Source: Candidatus Eiseniibacteriota bacterium (GTDB lineage: Bacteria; Eisenbacteria; RBG-16-71-46; CAVPCR01). Taken from it: a DNA stretch of 64,000 nucleotides. The stretch is from NCBI GenBank assembly GCA_963702435.1, contig CAVPCR010000001.1, forward strand, positions 1,184,001 to 1,248,000, read 5' to 3'. The first letter of the stretch is position 1, and each line of letters starts with the position of its first letter. Below are positions 56,241-64,000 of the stretch, piece after piece. A program made the translations under genes and the position numbers. Below the pieces are notes generated by a model. It worked only from the letters and a program-made list of their open reading frames with translations, was not told the origin of the DNA and searched no databases.

Positions 56241-57611
56241 TTACCGCGACGCTTCGCCCGTCATCTCCGCGAGAGTTTCGTGGAGATTGGCGGCGCTCAC
56301 CGCCAGCGCCTCCTCGTCTCCCACCTCGGCCGCGGTCCGGAGCGCGCCCAGCGCTCCGTCGATGCGACCCGCCTGCGGTGGCGCCAGACGGTCGCGAATC
56401 ACCCGGATTGACTCGAGATCGCTGCGGACAGCGCCGCGATCGTGAGCCGCACGATCGATCTGGAGCTGAAGGCTGAAGACCTCGATCAGGTCGAGATCGA
56501 TATCAGCACGCTCCTCGTAGCGGAGCTCGAAGTCGACGCCGGCGAAGGCGATGTCGACTGCGGCCTGGCGCACCTGCTTCCTGTTCCGAGCGTCGATCGC
56601 CTCGTCGAGCGCCTCGATCGCATCGTCCATCTCCGCGGACAGGAGCGGCGGGACTCCCGTCGCCGCGTAGTCCGCCCAGTCCTCTTCCATCTCCTCGAAC
56701 AGCGACTCGATCGCCCGCCAGCCACCCCGGCGGGCGAGACGGAACATGGTCTCCGCCGCATCGGAGAGATCGTCGAGGTCTTCCGGCACGTGCCCGCCTA
56801 TGAAGTCAGTCGGAACGGCGACCGCTAGCGCTTCGATGTTGAGCCCGGAGCCCGTCGAGAACTCACCGTATCCGGGCGCGAAAGTCTTGTCCTCGTAGGT
56901 TCCATCCATGTGGAGCTCGCTCACGATCAGCGCCCCGGGGATCGGCCCGCTCGGCCCTTCCACGGTCACATCGGTGTCAAGCGCGGTGACTTCTTCGAAC
57001 ACGATGGGGCACGCGTTCTCGGGACGCCAGACGTTGCCGATCTGCGGGTCGGCGGGCATGATCATCGCCACGGGACCATCCTCCCCCGCGAGCCATGTGC
57101 CCTCCGTGTCGACAACGACGCCGTCCTCGTAGTTGAACACGTCCTCGCCGAAGTACCAGACGTTCCCCTCGTCGTCCTGCCCATACCAGTCGAGTGCGAC
57201 TTCTTCGATTCGCCCGTCCACCCAGGCGACGTACTGGGAGATTATCGTCTCGACCGGTTCACCGTCGATGATGATCGTCTGGGTGCCGGGGAGCCGCGTG
57301 GTTTCCGATCGGAAGGACTCTCCATCCGCAAGGCCGAGCAGGACGGCGCGGTCGAGCTCGCCCACGGGGAACAGCGGATTGGAGGCTGCGGTGGGGTTGG
57401 TGAATGAGGGTTCGATGAGATCGACGCGCAAGCTGTCGGGCGCGGTTGGCAGGCCGTTGCACCCGTCACCGTCCGCCAGGGCCGGGTTCGGACCACCGCC
57501 GGGGGCGCCGAGCAGACTCGACTCGTCCCCGTAGTTCGTCGAGTTGTCGGCGCAGCCCGCGAGCGCGAGTGCCAGGAGAGTCAGGATCGCAATGCTGCCT
57601 CTGAACTTCAT
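56241..57611 (-). CDS. Uncharacterised acidic lipoprotein
   Basis: RBS AAGGAG then MKFRGSIAILTLLALALAGC lipobox. NPLFP and DWYGQDDEGNVWYFGEDV motifs; helical C-terminal half. Confidence 0.8.
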   Translation of the reverse strand: MKFRGSIAILTLLALALAGCADNSTNYGDESSLLGAPGGGPNPALADGDGCNGLPTAPDSLRVDLIEPSFTNPTAASNPLFPVGELDRAVLLGLADGESFRSETTRLPGTQTIIIDGEPVETIISQYVAWVDGRIEEVALDWYGQDDEGNVWYFGEDVFNYEDGVVVDTEGTWLAGEDGPVAMIMPADPQIGNVWRPENACPIVFEEVTALDTDVTVEGPSGPIPGALIVSELHMDGTYEDKTFAPGYGEFSTGSGLNIEALAVAVPTDFIGGHVPEDLDDLSDAAETMFRLARRGGWRAIESLFEEMEEDWADYAATGVPPLLSAEMDDAIEALDEAIDARNRKQVRQAAVDIAFAGVDFELRYEERADIDLDLIEVFSLQLQIDRAAHDRGAVRSDLESIRVIRDRLAPPQAGRIDGALGALRTAAEVGDEEALAVSAANLHETLAEMTGEASR

Positions 57612-57690
57612 GATCGTCTCCTTCCGTAAAGGGGTGAGCGGAGTTCCCACAGGAAGGAGCAGATGAGCCGGAGTTCTGTGACATGGTCCG

Positions 57691-57720
57691 GCTCGAACCG
57701 GCTCGAACCGGCTCGAACCG
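57691..57720. repeat. Intergenic 10-bp direct repeat x3
   Basis: GCTCGAACCG three times, about 80 nt upstream of the lipoprotein gene. Confidence 0.85.
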
Positions 57721-57969
57721 GGGGGGCGGGCGCTGCCCAGGGGGTGACTGGCCGTGGAAAGGCGCCGGACGGGGGGGGGCGAGAGGCGCGTGAGAACGAC
57801 TGTGATAGGCTGCGCGATCCGGTGCCGGGGAACCGTCTGGTCGTCGCGCAGCGCGCGGGGGCCGAGACTGGGGACTCTGATCGCGGGCAGCGCGGCGTGA
57901 CGCCGAGTTCGGAGTGGCGAGACAGATCACGACGGCCTGCCCCAGCCGGGGCGGGGGGCGGCCACACCG

Positions 57970-58857
57970 ATGAGAACCGACATGGAGTACCTTGATCATT
58001 GCTGCGGCTTGCTCGAGGTAACTCATGGCAAGAAGAATCTCGCCCGTGCTGCGTGTGCCATTGCCGTTCTCTTCGCCCTGATCGCGACGCTGCTGGCGGG
58101 GGCCGCCGAATGGGATTCCGCCGTTCTCGATGCGGCTGCGGTCATTCTCGCGATCGTGGCCGTGGGTCTCTTCTACCTGGCACGGCGAGCCCCGAAGTCG
58201 CGGCGCGCCCGCGGCCTCATCGGAATCCCCAGGGAGGCCCGCGTCGGCGCATTCTCGCTCATCCCGGATGCAGCATCGGTGCGCTGCACGCTTCCTGCCG
58301 AAGCAGCCACGGGGGGTGGGTTTTCACCGCTCTCGGTCGCTACGGTGGATATGGTCTGCTTGGTGCCAGCGGCCGACTCCTTCTGCATCACCTCGATCGA
58401 GATCACCGGAAGCGGACTTGCGGGAGAGCGGCGTCCGGTCATGAAGGTGGAGTCCCATGTGCAGTGCGGCCGTCCGGGGATCTTCGAGACGAGCATGGGG
58501 CTGCACTACATGCTGGATGGGAAACTGCATGCGCTGTCGGGCGGCCTGGCCACCCTCTTCGAGGTCGTTCCGGATGTGCAGCAGATCCTGAAGCAGCTGT
58601 TTCCACATGCCGACATCTCCGGGAGAATCACCGTTCTGGTCAGCCGATCTTCACTGGGACAAGTCGGACGCAACACGGCCTTGTTCGGCATGGTAGGGGC
58701 TGCGGCGACGCTCGCCGGCGACGCCTCGCGAGTCGCGGCAGCCCGACGACTCGTCGAGGGCGACATGGTCTCGGCGGAAGGGCGGACGTTCACCGAGTTG
58801 CTCCATGAGCACGGATGGACCCTTGACGCACAGGTCCCAGGAGCCAGCGCCCTGTGA
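57970..58857 (+). CDS. Hypothetical membrane protein
   Basis: 295-aa ORF with two N-terminal hydrophobic segments; no family recognised. Confidence 0.55.
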   Translation: MRTDMEYLDHCCGLLEVTHGKKNLARAACAIAVLFALIATLLAGAAEWDSAVLDAAAVILAIVAVGLFYLARRAPKSRRARGLIGIPREARVGAFSLIPDAASVRCTLPAEAATGGGFSPLSVATVDMVCLVPAADSFCITSIEITGSGLAGERRPVMKVESHVQCGRPGIFETSMGLHYMLDGKLHALSGGLATLFEVVPDVQQILKQLFPHADISGRITVLVSRSSLGQVGRNTALFGMVGAAATLAGDASRVAAARRLVEGDMVSAEGRTFTELLHEHGWTLDAQVPGASAL

Positions 58858-59153
58858 CCTTGGCTCCTTTCCGTCGTGCCGAGCCGGGGGCGTGGGCGGG
58901 ACGGGGAGGGCGACTGCTCTACATGCACATCAAGCGGGATCCGGCGAAGTCGTACTGGGAAGGCGAGTGGGTGTTCCCGCCGACCGTCACGACAATCTCG
59001 ATCGGTCTGCCCGGCGCGAAGGAAGGCCCGTCGCCCGAGTCGCGCGGCGCGAGGAGGGGAGAGCATCCGCCGATCCCGGGCTCCTGAGCTCGAGCGGGCC
59101 ATCGCGCAGCTTGAGAGCCTGACAACCGCGACCGGAGAACCAAGAGCTTGACC

Positions 59154-59738
59154 ATGAGCGATCGACCCTGGTGGATGACCGCGCTCCAGTGGGGACTCTG
59201 GGCCGCCGTCATGTCCCTGGTCATGGGCTGGCTGGGCCGGAGCCGGTTCCGGACCCGACCGGTGTCGGCTGCGCGACGGCTCGCTCACCCGCCGAGCACC
59301 TTGATCCTGGGCCTCGCCGGCTCCGGATTCTTCGCCGGCATCGCGGTCCTGTCGAACGTCTTCGCCAACCGGACCACCACATGGTGGACCACCGCGATCT
59401 TCGTGGGGTTCGCGCTCCTGTCCGCGCCCCTCGTTGTCGATTACTTCGCAGCCAGGCACGAGGTATCGGAAGAGGGGCTCTCCTACCGGAAGCTGGCCGG
59501 CACGCGGAAGTGCCTGCGCTGGCGCGAGCTGCGCGATGTGCGTTATGCGCCGGTGATGAAGTGGTTCCGGCTCGAGACAGAGGCCGGTGACGTGGCGCGC
59601 ATCTCGGTCATGCTGATGGGATTGCCGGAGTTCGCCCGCCTGCTGCTCGAGCATGCGCCGGCTGGCGCCATCGAACCGGGGACTCTTGACATCCTGCGAG
59701 CCACGGCGGAGGGGGCTCCGCCGTCGGTGTGGAGCTGA
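59154..59738 (+). CDS. Membrane protein with probable bacterial PH domain
   Basis: Three TM segments, then a VSEEGLSYR...LRWRELRDV pattern. Confidence 0.65.
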   Translation: MSDRPWWMTALQWGLWAAVMSLVMGWLGRSRFRTRPVSAARRLAHPPSTLILGLAGSGFFAGIAVLSNVFANRTTTWWTTAIFVGFALLSAPLVVDYFAARHEVSEEGLSYRKLAGTRKCLRWRELRDVRYAPVMKWFRLETEAGDVARISVMLMGLPEFARLLLEHAPAGAIEPGTLDILRATAEGAPPSVWS

Positions 59739-60206
59739 GGTCCCGCGAAAGTGAAGCCCCGGGGATCCGGGCCAAGGCGCCTCGTGCCAGGCGACTTCCG
59801 ATTCGCAACCCAGGCATTTCGCGCTGTCGATTCGCTCCCGAATCCTCTTTTCGAGCTTCTTCGTGTCATCTTCGATCCCGGTTTCGTCGAGTCTCTCCGG
59901 CGAGATCCGCACTTCGGATATCGGCCCGAAAATGCGCGGTGCGCAAACAAGGACAAGACCGAGGAGCCGCTTTATCCAGTCACCTCCGTGCTCCGCCGTC
60001 GAACGACACGGACTATCCGCGATGACGACGAGTCGGTTGGATAACGTCATCTTCCCGTGATGGAACACGGGGAATCGCCATGAGCGACAAAGCAATGGAA
60101 CAGACGGCCAAGACTACGGGTGGATCCTACAACGGGTTCCAGATCACGCGTGAGCACCCCTCCGCGCCCGGCGGACGAGCGCGCGCGGAGTCGATGGCTC
60201 CGGCCG

Positions 60207-63200
60207 TCACGGCGCGAGGATCAGCTTCCTCGTCTCGACGCGATCCCCTGCCGTCAGGCGGACGAAGTACACGCCCGCCTCGAGACTGCCGCCCGATCGC
60301 GCCAGCGCATCCCAGCGCGCGACGTGCCGGCCCGGAGCCTCGACACCCGCGGCGAGCACCGCACGCGCCCGTCCCTGCACGTCGTAGATCACAAGGCGAA
60401 CCGGACCCGCCGTCGCCAGCGAGTAGCCGATCTCGTAGGGAGCAGCGAACGGATTGGGATGGATCGGTTCGAGAAGAAGAGGTTGGGCGACGGGCGCCCC
60501 CTCCTCGTCGATCCCGGTCGACGTTCCGCTGGTGCGGAGGTCCGTCTCGGTCAAACCGTTCCCCGGCATGGTGAACCAGGGGGTCCGCGGGAAGAACGGC
60601 GAGTCCGAGACCATGCGCAGCCGCCAGCGGTAAGCGGTGTCGTTCTGGAGACCGAGCACGGCTTCGCTGAGCGGCACGGAGCTGCCGGCGTTCACGACCG
60701 GCGGCCCGGTGTTGAGGACCTGGGTCCGCCCGCGGCCCTGCCCGTCGAACGGCACGCCGAGCCGCTTCACCTCCCACTCGAACCAGACGTCGCCGCGACC
60801 GGCCGCGGTGCGACCCAGCGCTTTCAGGAGGAAGGCGTTCTGATGGTGCGCGAGCCCCAGGATGTCGATCGGCGCGGAGTTGTCCGAGCGCGCCTGGCGA
60901 GCGGTGCGGTCGCGACCGTAGGAACCGTTGCCCATGGGGATGTTGACCTTGCCGCAATCGGTCTGGGCTCCATCGAAGTAGGGAATGCCGACAGCGACGT
61001 CGGAGAACCCATCGCCGGTCACGTCGCCGGCCGTCGCCACCGAGAACCCGAGCGAGGCGAATGCCTGGTCCGAATAGGCGGTCCAGGCGGGAGCGGCGGC
61101 CAGCCCGGCGGCCGAGCCATGGTACGCGAACGCTCCCCCCTCATCGGTCAGGATGCGGTCGTAATACGGTGCGCCGATGACGACATCCGAGAAGCCGTCG
61201 TTGTTCACGTCGCCGGCGCCGGCCACGGAGTAGCCGAACTGGGCGCCGATCTGGTCCGACTCGGCGGTCCAGGCGGGCGTGGTCGCGAGGCCCCCGGCCG
61301 ATCCGAGGTAGACGAAGGCGCGCCCTTCATCGTTCTGCCCGTTGTCGAAGCCGTCGGCGCCCACGATCACGTCGGAATACCCGTCGCCGTTCACGTCCCC
61401 GACGCCGGCGACGGACACACCGAAGTCGGCGATGACCTGATTCGACTCGGCGGTCCAGGCCGGAGCGGCGGCCAGGCCGGCCGGCGAGCCGAGGTAGAGG
61501 AAGGCGCGACCCTCGTTGCTCTGCCCGTTGTCGTAGAGAGGGGCTCCGACGATGACGTCGGAATACCCGTCGCCGTTCACATCGCCCGCGCTCGCCACGG
61601 AGTTCCCGAACCCGGCCACGACCTGGTTCGACTCGGCGGTCCAGGCCGGGGAGGGCCCGAGACCGGTCGGCGAGCCCAGGTACACGTAGGCTCGCCCCTC
61701 GTTGTCCTCTCCGTTGGCGTATTCGTACGCCCCGATGATGACATCGGAGTACCCGTCGCCGTTCACATCACCGGCACCGGCGACGGACCACCCGAACCGG
61801 GCCTGCGCTTGATTCGACTCGGCGGTCCAGGGCACGGCGAGCAGTCCGCCGGACGAGCCCAGGTAGACAAAGGCCCGACCTTCGCTGGTCTGCCCATTGG
61901 TGTAGGAAGGAGCGCCGATGATGATGTCGGAGTAACCATCGCCGTTCACGTCCCCGGCTGGAGCGAGTGAGGTGCCGAACAGCGCGCCGTCCTGGTTCGA
62001 CTCGAAGTAATACGGAATGGACGTGTCGTCGCGCTCGCCGTAATAGACCGCGATCCGGCCTTCATCCGTTTGACCGCCATCGTATCCTGGAGCGCCGAGG
62101 ATGAAATCGGAATAGCCGTCGCCGTTGATATCGCCTCCGGACGCGACCGCGCTGCCGAGGTAATCGCCCGCCAGGCCATTCCCGATCTGCCAGAAGTCCG
62201 TGGCGTCGAGCGTTCCCCCGCCGCCGTTGTAGACGAAGGCCTGTCCTTCGTTGGTCTCGCCGTTGTCGTAGTTGGGAGCTCCGACGATGACATCGGAGTA
62301 GCCGTCGCCGTTCACATCCCCTGCCGTCGCCACGGAAGTCCCGAACCAGCTCGTCGCCTGGTCCGATTCGGCGGTCCAGGCCGGGTACGAGGACAGCCCG
62401 CCAGATCGACTGAGATAGACGAAGGCTCGTCCTTCAGCGTCTTGCCCGTTGTCGAATTCGTTGGCCCCGACGATGACATCGGCGAGGCCGTCCCCGTTCA
62501 CGTCCCCCGCCGTGGCCACCGACTGGCCGAAGTGGGCGCCGATCTGATTCGATTCGGCGATCCAGGCGTAGGAGGCCCCGAGTCCGGCGGCGGATCCGCG
62601 ATACACGTAGGCCGCCCCCTCGAGCGACTGTCCATTCCCGTACTGGCTCGCCCCGATGATGACATCGCCGAAGCCGTCGCCGTCCACGTCGCCGGCGGTG
62701 GCCACCGCGCGGCCGAAATGCGCGTTGATGACGTTCGATTCGGCGGTCCAGGAAGCGGAGGTCGCGAGGCCGGCGGCCGCTCCCAGGTACACGAAGGCGC
62801 GGCCTTCAGCGGTCTGCCCGTTGCTGAAGTTGTCGGCCCCGACGATGACGTCGGCATAGCCGTCGCTGTTCACGTCCCCCGCGGTCGCCACGGAGAAACC
62901 GAACCAGCAGCCGGGCTGGTTCGACCGGGCGATCCAAGATGGGGACGCCGCCAGCCCGGCCGGCGAGCCGAGATAGACATAGGCCCGTCCCTCGTAGTTT
63001 CCGTAGATGGGCGCGCCGACGATGACATCGGAGTAGCCATCGCCGTTCACATCCCCGGCCGTGGCGACCGACATGCCGAAGTAGCTGGTCGCCTGGTCCG
63101 GTTCAGCGGTCCACGCGGCGGACGCGGCCAGCCCGGCGGCCGACCCCAGGTACACGAAGGCCCGGCCTTCATTGGCCTCCCCGTTGTCGTAGGAGGCGGC

Positions 63201-63647
63201 CCCGACGATGACGTCCGAGTAGCCGTCGCCGTTCACGTCCCCCGCGGTCGAGACCGAGGTGCCGAATTCAGCCCGGTCCTGGTTCGACTCGACGGTCCAG
63301 GAAGGGGTCGTGGCGAGGCCGGAGGCGGAGCCGAGGAAGACAAAGGCGCAGCCCTCAGCGAGCTGCCCGTTGCTGTAGGTGGAGGCCCCGACGATGACAT
63401 CCGAGTAGCCGTCGCCGTTCACGTCCCCCGCGGTCGAGACCGTATTGCCGAATCCGGCGCCGGGCAGGTCCGGGTCCCAGGTCCAGGCGGGAGAGCTGGT
63501 GAGCCGATCGACCTGGCCGGGCTCGGACGGGGACGAGGACCCGACGGCGCCTGCACCCATCCGCGGAACGGCGGCGAGAGCAAAACTCAAGAAGAGGGTG
63601 CCAAGGACGGCGGACAGCGCGGTTCTTCTGGAGAGCGGGATGTTCAT
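60207..63647 (-). CDS. Secreted integrin-alpha/FG-GAP repeat protein (14 repeats) with FlgD/T9SS-type C-terminal domain
   Basis: 14 copies of FG.SV..AGDVNGDGYSDVIVGA; C-terminal HPNPF...YDVQGR...W D...GVYFVRL. Confidence 0.92.
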   Translation of the reverse strand: MNIPLSRRTALSAVLGTLFLSFALAAVPRMGAGAVGSSSPSEPGQVDRLTSSPAWTWDPDLPGAGFGNTVSTAGDVNGDGYSDVIVGASTYSNGQLAEGCAFVFLGSASGLATTPSWTVESNQDRAEFGTSVSTAGDVNGDGYSDVIVGAASYDNGEANEGRAFVYLGSAAGLAASAAWTAEPDQATSYFGMSVATAGDVNGDGYSDVIVGAPIYGNYEGRAYVYLGSPAGLAASPSWIARSNQPGCWFGFSVATAGDVNSDGYADVIVGADNFSNGQTAEGRAFVYLGAAAGLATSASWTAESNVINAHFGRAVATAGDVDGDGFGDVIIGASQYGNGQSLEGAAYVYRGSAAGLGASYAWIAESNQIGAHFGQSVATAGDVNGDGLADVIVGANEFDNGQDAEGRAFVYLSRSGGLSSYPAWTAESDQATSWFGTSVATAGDVNGDGYSDVIVGAPNYDNGETNEGQAFVYNGGGGTLDATDFWQIGNGLAGDYLGSAVASGGDINGDGYSDFILGAPGYDGGQTDEGRIAVYYGERDDTSIPYYFESNQDGALFGTSLAPAGDVNGDGYSDIIIGAPSYTNGQTSEGRAFVYLGSSGGLLAVPWTAESNQAQARFGWSVAGAGDVNGDGYSDVIIGAYEYANGEDNEGRAYVYLGSPTGLGPSPAWTAESNQVVAGFGNSVASAGDVNGDGYSDVIVGAPLYDNGQSNEGRAFLYLGSPAGLAAAPAWTAESNQVIADFGVSVAGVGDVNGDGYSDVIVGADGFDNGQNDEGRAFVYLGSAGGLATTPAWTAESDQIGAQFGYSVAGAGDVNNDGFSDVVIGAPYYDRILTDEGGAFAYHGSAAGLAAAPAWTAYSDQAFASLGFSVATAGDVTGDGFSDVAVGIPYFDGAQTDCGKVNIPMGNGSYGRDRTARQARSDNSAPIDILGLAHHQNAFLLKALGRTAAGRGDVWFEWEVKRLGVPFDGQGRGRTQVLNTGPPVVNAGSSVPLSEAVLGLQNDTAYRWRLRMVSDSPFFPRTPWFTMPGNGLTETDLRTSGTSTGIDEEGAPVAQPLLLEPIHPNPFAAPYEIGYSLATAGPVRLVIYDVQGRARAVLAAGVEAPGRHVARWDALARSGGSLEAGVYFVRLTAGDRVETRKLILAP

Positions 63648-63780
63648 GGCTTCCTTCCCGGGGCCCATCGACTCGCGTCGGGGGGGACCTCGAACGAGGT
63701 TTCTCTGCCCCCACTACGTCCGGGACCCGGCGAACGAACGCGGCACATGCGCATCCCGGCTCTGTCGCGCACCCCGGCCC

Positions 63781-64000
63781 TGTGTCGTCCCCGGCGTCAT
63801 CTCCTCGATCCAGACCCATGGCACGCTCGCCAACTGGCATCCCCACCTGCACGTGCTCGCCACCGACGGCGCCTTTCGTCCCGATGGCACCTTCGTGCCC
63901 CTCGGCACCCACGCGCTCGCGGTGCTGACCGAGGCCTTCCGCCGGGCCGTGCTCCGTGCCTTCGTCCAGCACGGGCTGTTCAACGACGAAGTGGCCGCCT
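63781..64000 (+). mobile_element. IS91-family (Y2/HUH) transposase fragment, 5'-truncated and running off the window
   Basis: Frame from 63781 reads VPGVISSIQTHGTLANWHPHLHVLATDGAF, with the HUH motif HPHLH. No start codon or N-terminal Zn-binding region immediately upstream. Confidence 0.75.

Noticed and set aside
58854..60200. Short ORFs at 58854..59087 and in 59740..60200
   Set aside because: No recognisable motifs, RBS or consistent frame. Possibly decayed gene fragments, but not callable.

Overview
Very GC-rich, densely coding bacterial DNA. Four secreted proteins carry FlgD/T9SS-type C-terminal domains and two ORFs end in a 'TWGxIK' tail, which suggests (inference) an FCB-group lineage such as Eisenbacteria, Krumholzibacteria or Latescibacteria. 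Left half: TetR-TolC-MFP-RND efflux operon, beta-helix protein, ABC exporter, BNR-propeller/MoaD pair, SPFH/zinc-ribbon/GAF operon, FG-GAP, radical SAM and deacetylase-like genes, Tat-signal FeSOD with a DPS-like ferritin, MFS with a ChrB-domain gene, Uup, and a YaiO-HEAT-GT2 polysaccharide operon. Right half: a frameshifted sigma54 activator, an IS remnant, an ~18 kb surface-structure locus (38.2-56.1 kb), a lipoprotein, a 14-repeat FG-GAP protein and an IS91-like transposase fragment. The standout is the 38-56 kb locus. A large CSLREA/beta-helix adhesin, two small secreted subunits and a ~2000-aa outer-membrane protein share a 'split' DUF11/isopeptide-type Ig domain. The Lys/Asp-bearing part ends a protein, and the missing Asn-bearing strand pair begins a partner protein. 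This fits a chaperone-, usher- and sortase-independent, possibly covalently self-crosslinking fimbria, flanked by c-di-GMP, FecR-like and two-component signalling genes. No rRNA, tRNA or CRISPR array was recognised. All family calls are from motif recognition by eye, not database searches.
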